Source of the DNA: an uncultured Chloroflexia bacterium
Lineage (GTDB): Bacteria > Chloroflexota > Limnocylindria > QHBO01
Length of the DNA: 64,000 nucleotides
Assembly (NCBI GenBank): GCA_963843015.1
Contig: CAWJIR010000005.1
Span: 6,472-70,471 of the forward strand
Reading direction: 5' to 3'
Below are positions 62,349 through 64,000 of the stretch, one piece after another. Position numbers and translations under genes: made by a program. The notes under the pieces are model-generated. The model made no database searches, was not told the origin of the DNA, and worked only from the letters and a program-made list of their open reading frames with translations. Within the stretch, counting starts at the first letter, position 1. Every line of letters starts with the position of its first letter.

Positions 62349-64000
62349 ATGCTGAAGCTCTTTTCCCGGGTGGTGGACTCCAACGAGCGCGAGATCCGCC
62401 GCCTGGAACCACTTCTCGAGCGGGCCAACGCGCTCGAGCCCGAGTACCGCGCACTGACTGACGACGACCTTCGCGGTCGTACGGCGCTGTTCCGCGAGCG
62501 CCTCCGCGAGGACCTGGGTGACCTCGTCCTGCCCGCCGAGGACCGGCCGGCGGCCGACGAGGAGGGCGGTTCGGAGCTGGTCAGCGGCGACCCCGCTCGA
62601 CGCCGCGAGCACCGGCTGGAGCAGCGGAAGCGGGAGATGGACCAGATCAATGCGGCCCTCGAGAAGCTCCTGCCCGAGGCCTTCGCCGCGGTCCGCGAGG
62701 CCATGCAGAGAGCCCTCGCCAAGCGGCACTACGACGTCCAGCTCATCGGTGGGATGGTTCTCCACCGCGGTCATATCGCCGAGATGAAGACCGGCGAGGG
62801 CAAGACGTTCGTTGCCCCGCTGGCCGCATACCTCAACGCCCTCGCCGGCCAGGGCGTCCACGTGGTGACCGTGAACGACTACCTCGCCAAACGCGACGCG
62901 CAGTGGATCGGGGCCGTCTTCCATCGGCTCGGGATGCAGGTCGGCTCGATCCAGCACGAAGCGGCCTTCGTGTTCGATCCCGATTTCGTGGCCACCGACG
63001 AGCGGCTTCGCGAGCTGCGACCGGTCACCCGTCGCGAGGCATACGCGGCTGACGTGACCTACGGCACGAACAACGAGTTCGGGTTCGACTTCCTGCGCGA
63101 CAACCTGGTGACCGACCTGACCCTCCGCGTCCAACGCGGGCACTTCTTCGGGATCGTGGACGAGGTCGACAACATCCTCATCGACGAGGCCCGGACCCCG
63201 CTGATCATCAGCGGCCAGGGCGAGCAGTCCACTGACCGATACACGCAATTCGCCCGCCTCGTGCCCCGCCTGAAGTTCGAGGAGGACTACATCGTCGATG
63301 AGAAGTTCCGCCAGGTGGCCATCACCGAGGCGGGCACCGACAAGATGGAGCGCATGCTCGGGGTCGCCAACCTGTTCGATGACGACTTCGGGATGGCCCG
63401 CCACCTCGAGCAGGCGCTGAAGGCCGAGGCTCTCTACAAGCGGGACCGCGACTACGTCGTGAAGGACGGCGAAGTGGTCATCGTCGACGAGTTCACCGGC
63501 CGCCTGATGCCGGGTCGGCGCTGGAGCGAGGGCCTCCACCAGGCGGTCGAGGCCAAGGAGGGCGTCCGCATCCAGAGCGAATCGATGACGCTGGCCACGA
63601 TCACGTTCCAGAACTACTTCCGGATGTATCGCAAGCTGGCCGGAATGACGGGTACGGCCGAGACCGAGGCGGAGGAGTTCCACAAGATCTACGGCCTCGA
63701 GGTGGTCGTCATCCCGACCCACGTGCCGATGATCCGGGACGACTTCGCGGACCTCGTCTACGCCGGGCAGCAGGCCAAGTGGGAGGCAGTCGCCCAGGAA
63801 GTCGCCGAGGAGCACGAGAAGGGCCGCCCGGTCCTCGTCGGCACGATCAGCGTCGAGGTGAGCGAGATGCTGTCCGACCTCCTCAAGCGGCGCGGCATCA
63901 AGCACAACGTCCTGAACGCCAAGTTCCACGAGCGCGAAGCCGAGATCGTGGCCCAGGCCGGGCGGAGCGAGGCGGTCACCATCGCCACCAACATGGCCGG
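62349..64000 (+). CDS. secA: preprotein translocase ATPase SecA (5' part; continues past the window end)
   Basis: Open from ATG 62349 to the window edge in one frame; not in the ORF track because no stop is reached. Contains [20 protein letters not shown], Walker [33 protein letters not shown] and [19 protein letters not shown]. Confidence 0.96.
   Translation, partial: MLKLFSRVVDSNEREIRRLEPLLERANALEPEYRALTDDDLRGRTALFRERLREDLGDLVLPAEDRPAADEEGGSELVSGDPARRREHRLEQRKREMDQINAALEKLLPEAFAAVREAMQRALAKRHYDVQLIGGMVLHRGHIAEMKTGEGKTFVAPLAAYLNALAGQGVHVVTVNDYLAKRDAQWIGAVFHRLGMQVGSIQHEAAFVFDPDFVATDERLRELRPVTRREAYAADVTYGTNNEFGFDFLRDNLVTDLTLRVQRGHFFGIVDEVDNILIDEARTPLIISGQGEQSTDRYTQFARLVPRLKFEEDYIVDEKFRQVAITEAGTDKMERMLGVANLFDDDFGMARHLEQALKAEALYKRDRDYVVKDGEVVIVDEFTGRLMPGRRWSEGLHQAVEAKEGVRIQSESMTLATITFQNYFRMYRKLAGMTGTAETEAEEFHKIYGLEVVVIPTHVPMIRDDFADLVYAGQQAKWEAVAQEVAEEHEKGRPVLVGTISVEVSEMLSDLLKRRGIKHNVLNAKFHEREAEIVAQAGRSEAVTIATNMA

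Noticed and set aside
60609-63929. 1106-aa ORF on the minus strand, the longest in the track
   Set aside because: It lies antisense to three plus-strand genes with unmistakable conserved motifs (LLM oxidoreductase, SRPBCC protein, SecA). Its translation is Arg/Gly/Asp/His/Pro/Leu-rich low complexity with no motifs. In ~70% GC DNA, stop codons are rare in antisense frames, so long shadow ORFs are expected.

Overview
High-GC bacterial chromosomal window (about 70% GC, judged by eye), densely coding. I recognised no rRNA, tRNA, CRISPR array, transposase or integrase.

Layout:
(i) 1-8.6 kb: seven polytopic membrane proteins. Four are DUF2029/GT87-like and three are large GT-C/ArnT-like, suggesting an envelope glycan cluster.
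(ii) 8.7-24.8 kb: a monoderm-type Flp/Tad pilus locus. It holds a DegS/DegU-like two-component system, a 59-aa flp pilin (below the ORF-track cutoff), cpaB, REC-fused cpaE/tadZ, cpaF/tadA, tadB and tadC. An embedded OmpR-type regulator/kinase pair follows. Then comes a tandemly duplicated three-gene minor-pilin module (tadE with a PASTA-like C-terminal module, tadE, tadG), then DUF192.
(iii) comF-like, hpf, an XRE regulator and a UPF0104 membrane protein.
(iv) A long minus-strand housekeeping block with Bacillus-like synteny: PHP, mreB, murA, atpCDGAHFEB plus two AtpZ/I-like genes, glyA, two-subunit AcnX, rpiB, tsaC, prmC, prfA, DUF1385, rpmE, rpmA, rplU, DUF2344, rodA, mrdA, mreD.
(v) A perfect parS palindrome at a divergent strand switch, then parA, parB, gyrB, DUF4287, a thioesterase, gyrA, prs, an LLM/F420-type oxidoreductase, SRPBCC and secA (runs off the window).

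Major caveat: dozens of clearly conserved genes, many of them essential, can only be read by changing frame one or more times. The two junctions I resolved to the base sit in G/C homopolymer runs. I therefore interpret most interruptions as indel sequencing or assembly errors, not pseudogenes. Coordinates of interrupted genes are outer boundaries.

All family assignments come from motif recognition by eye. No searches were run.
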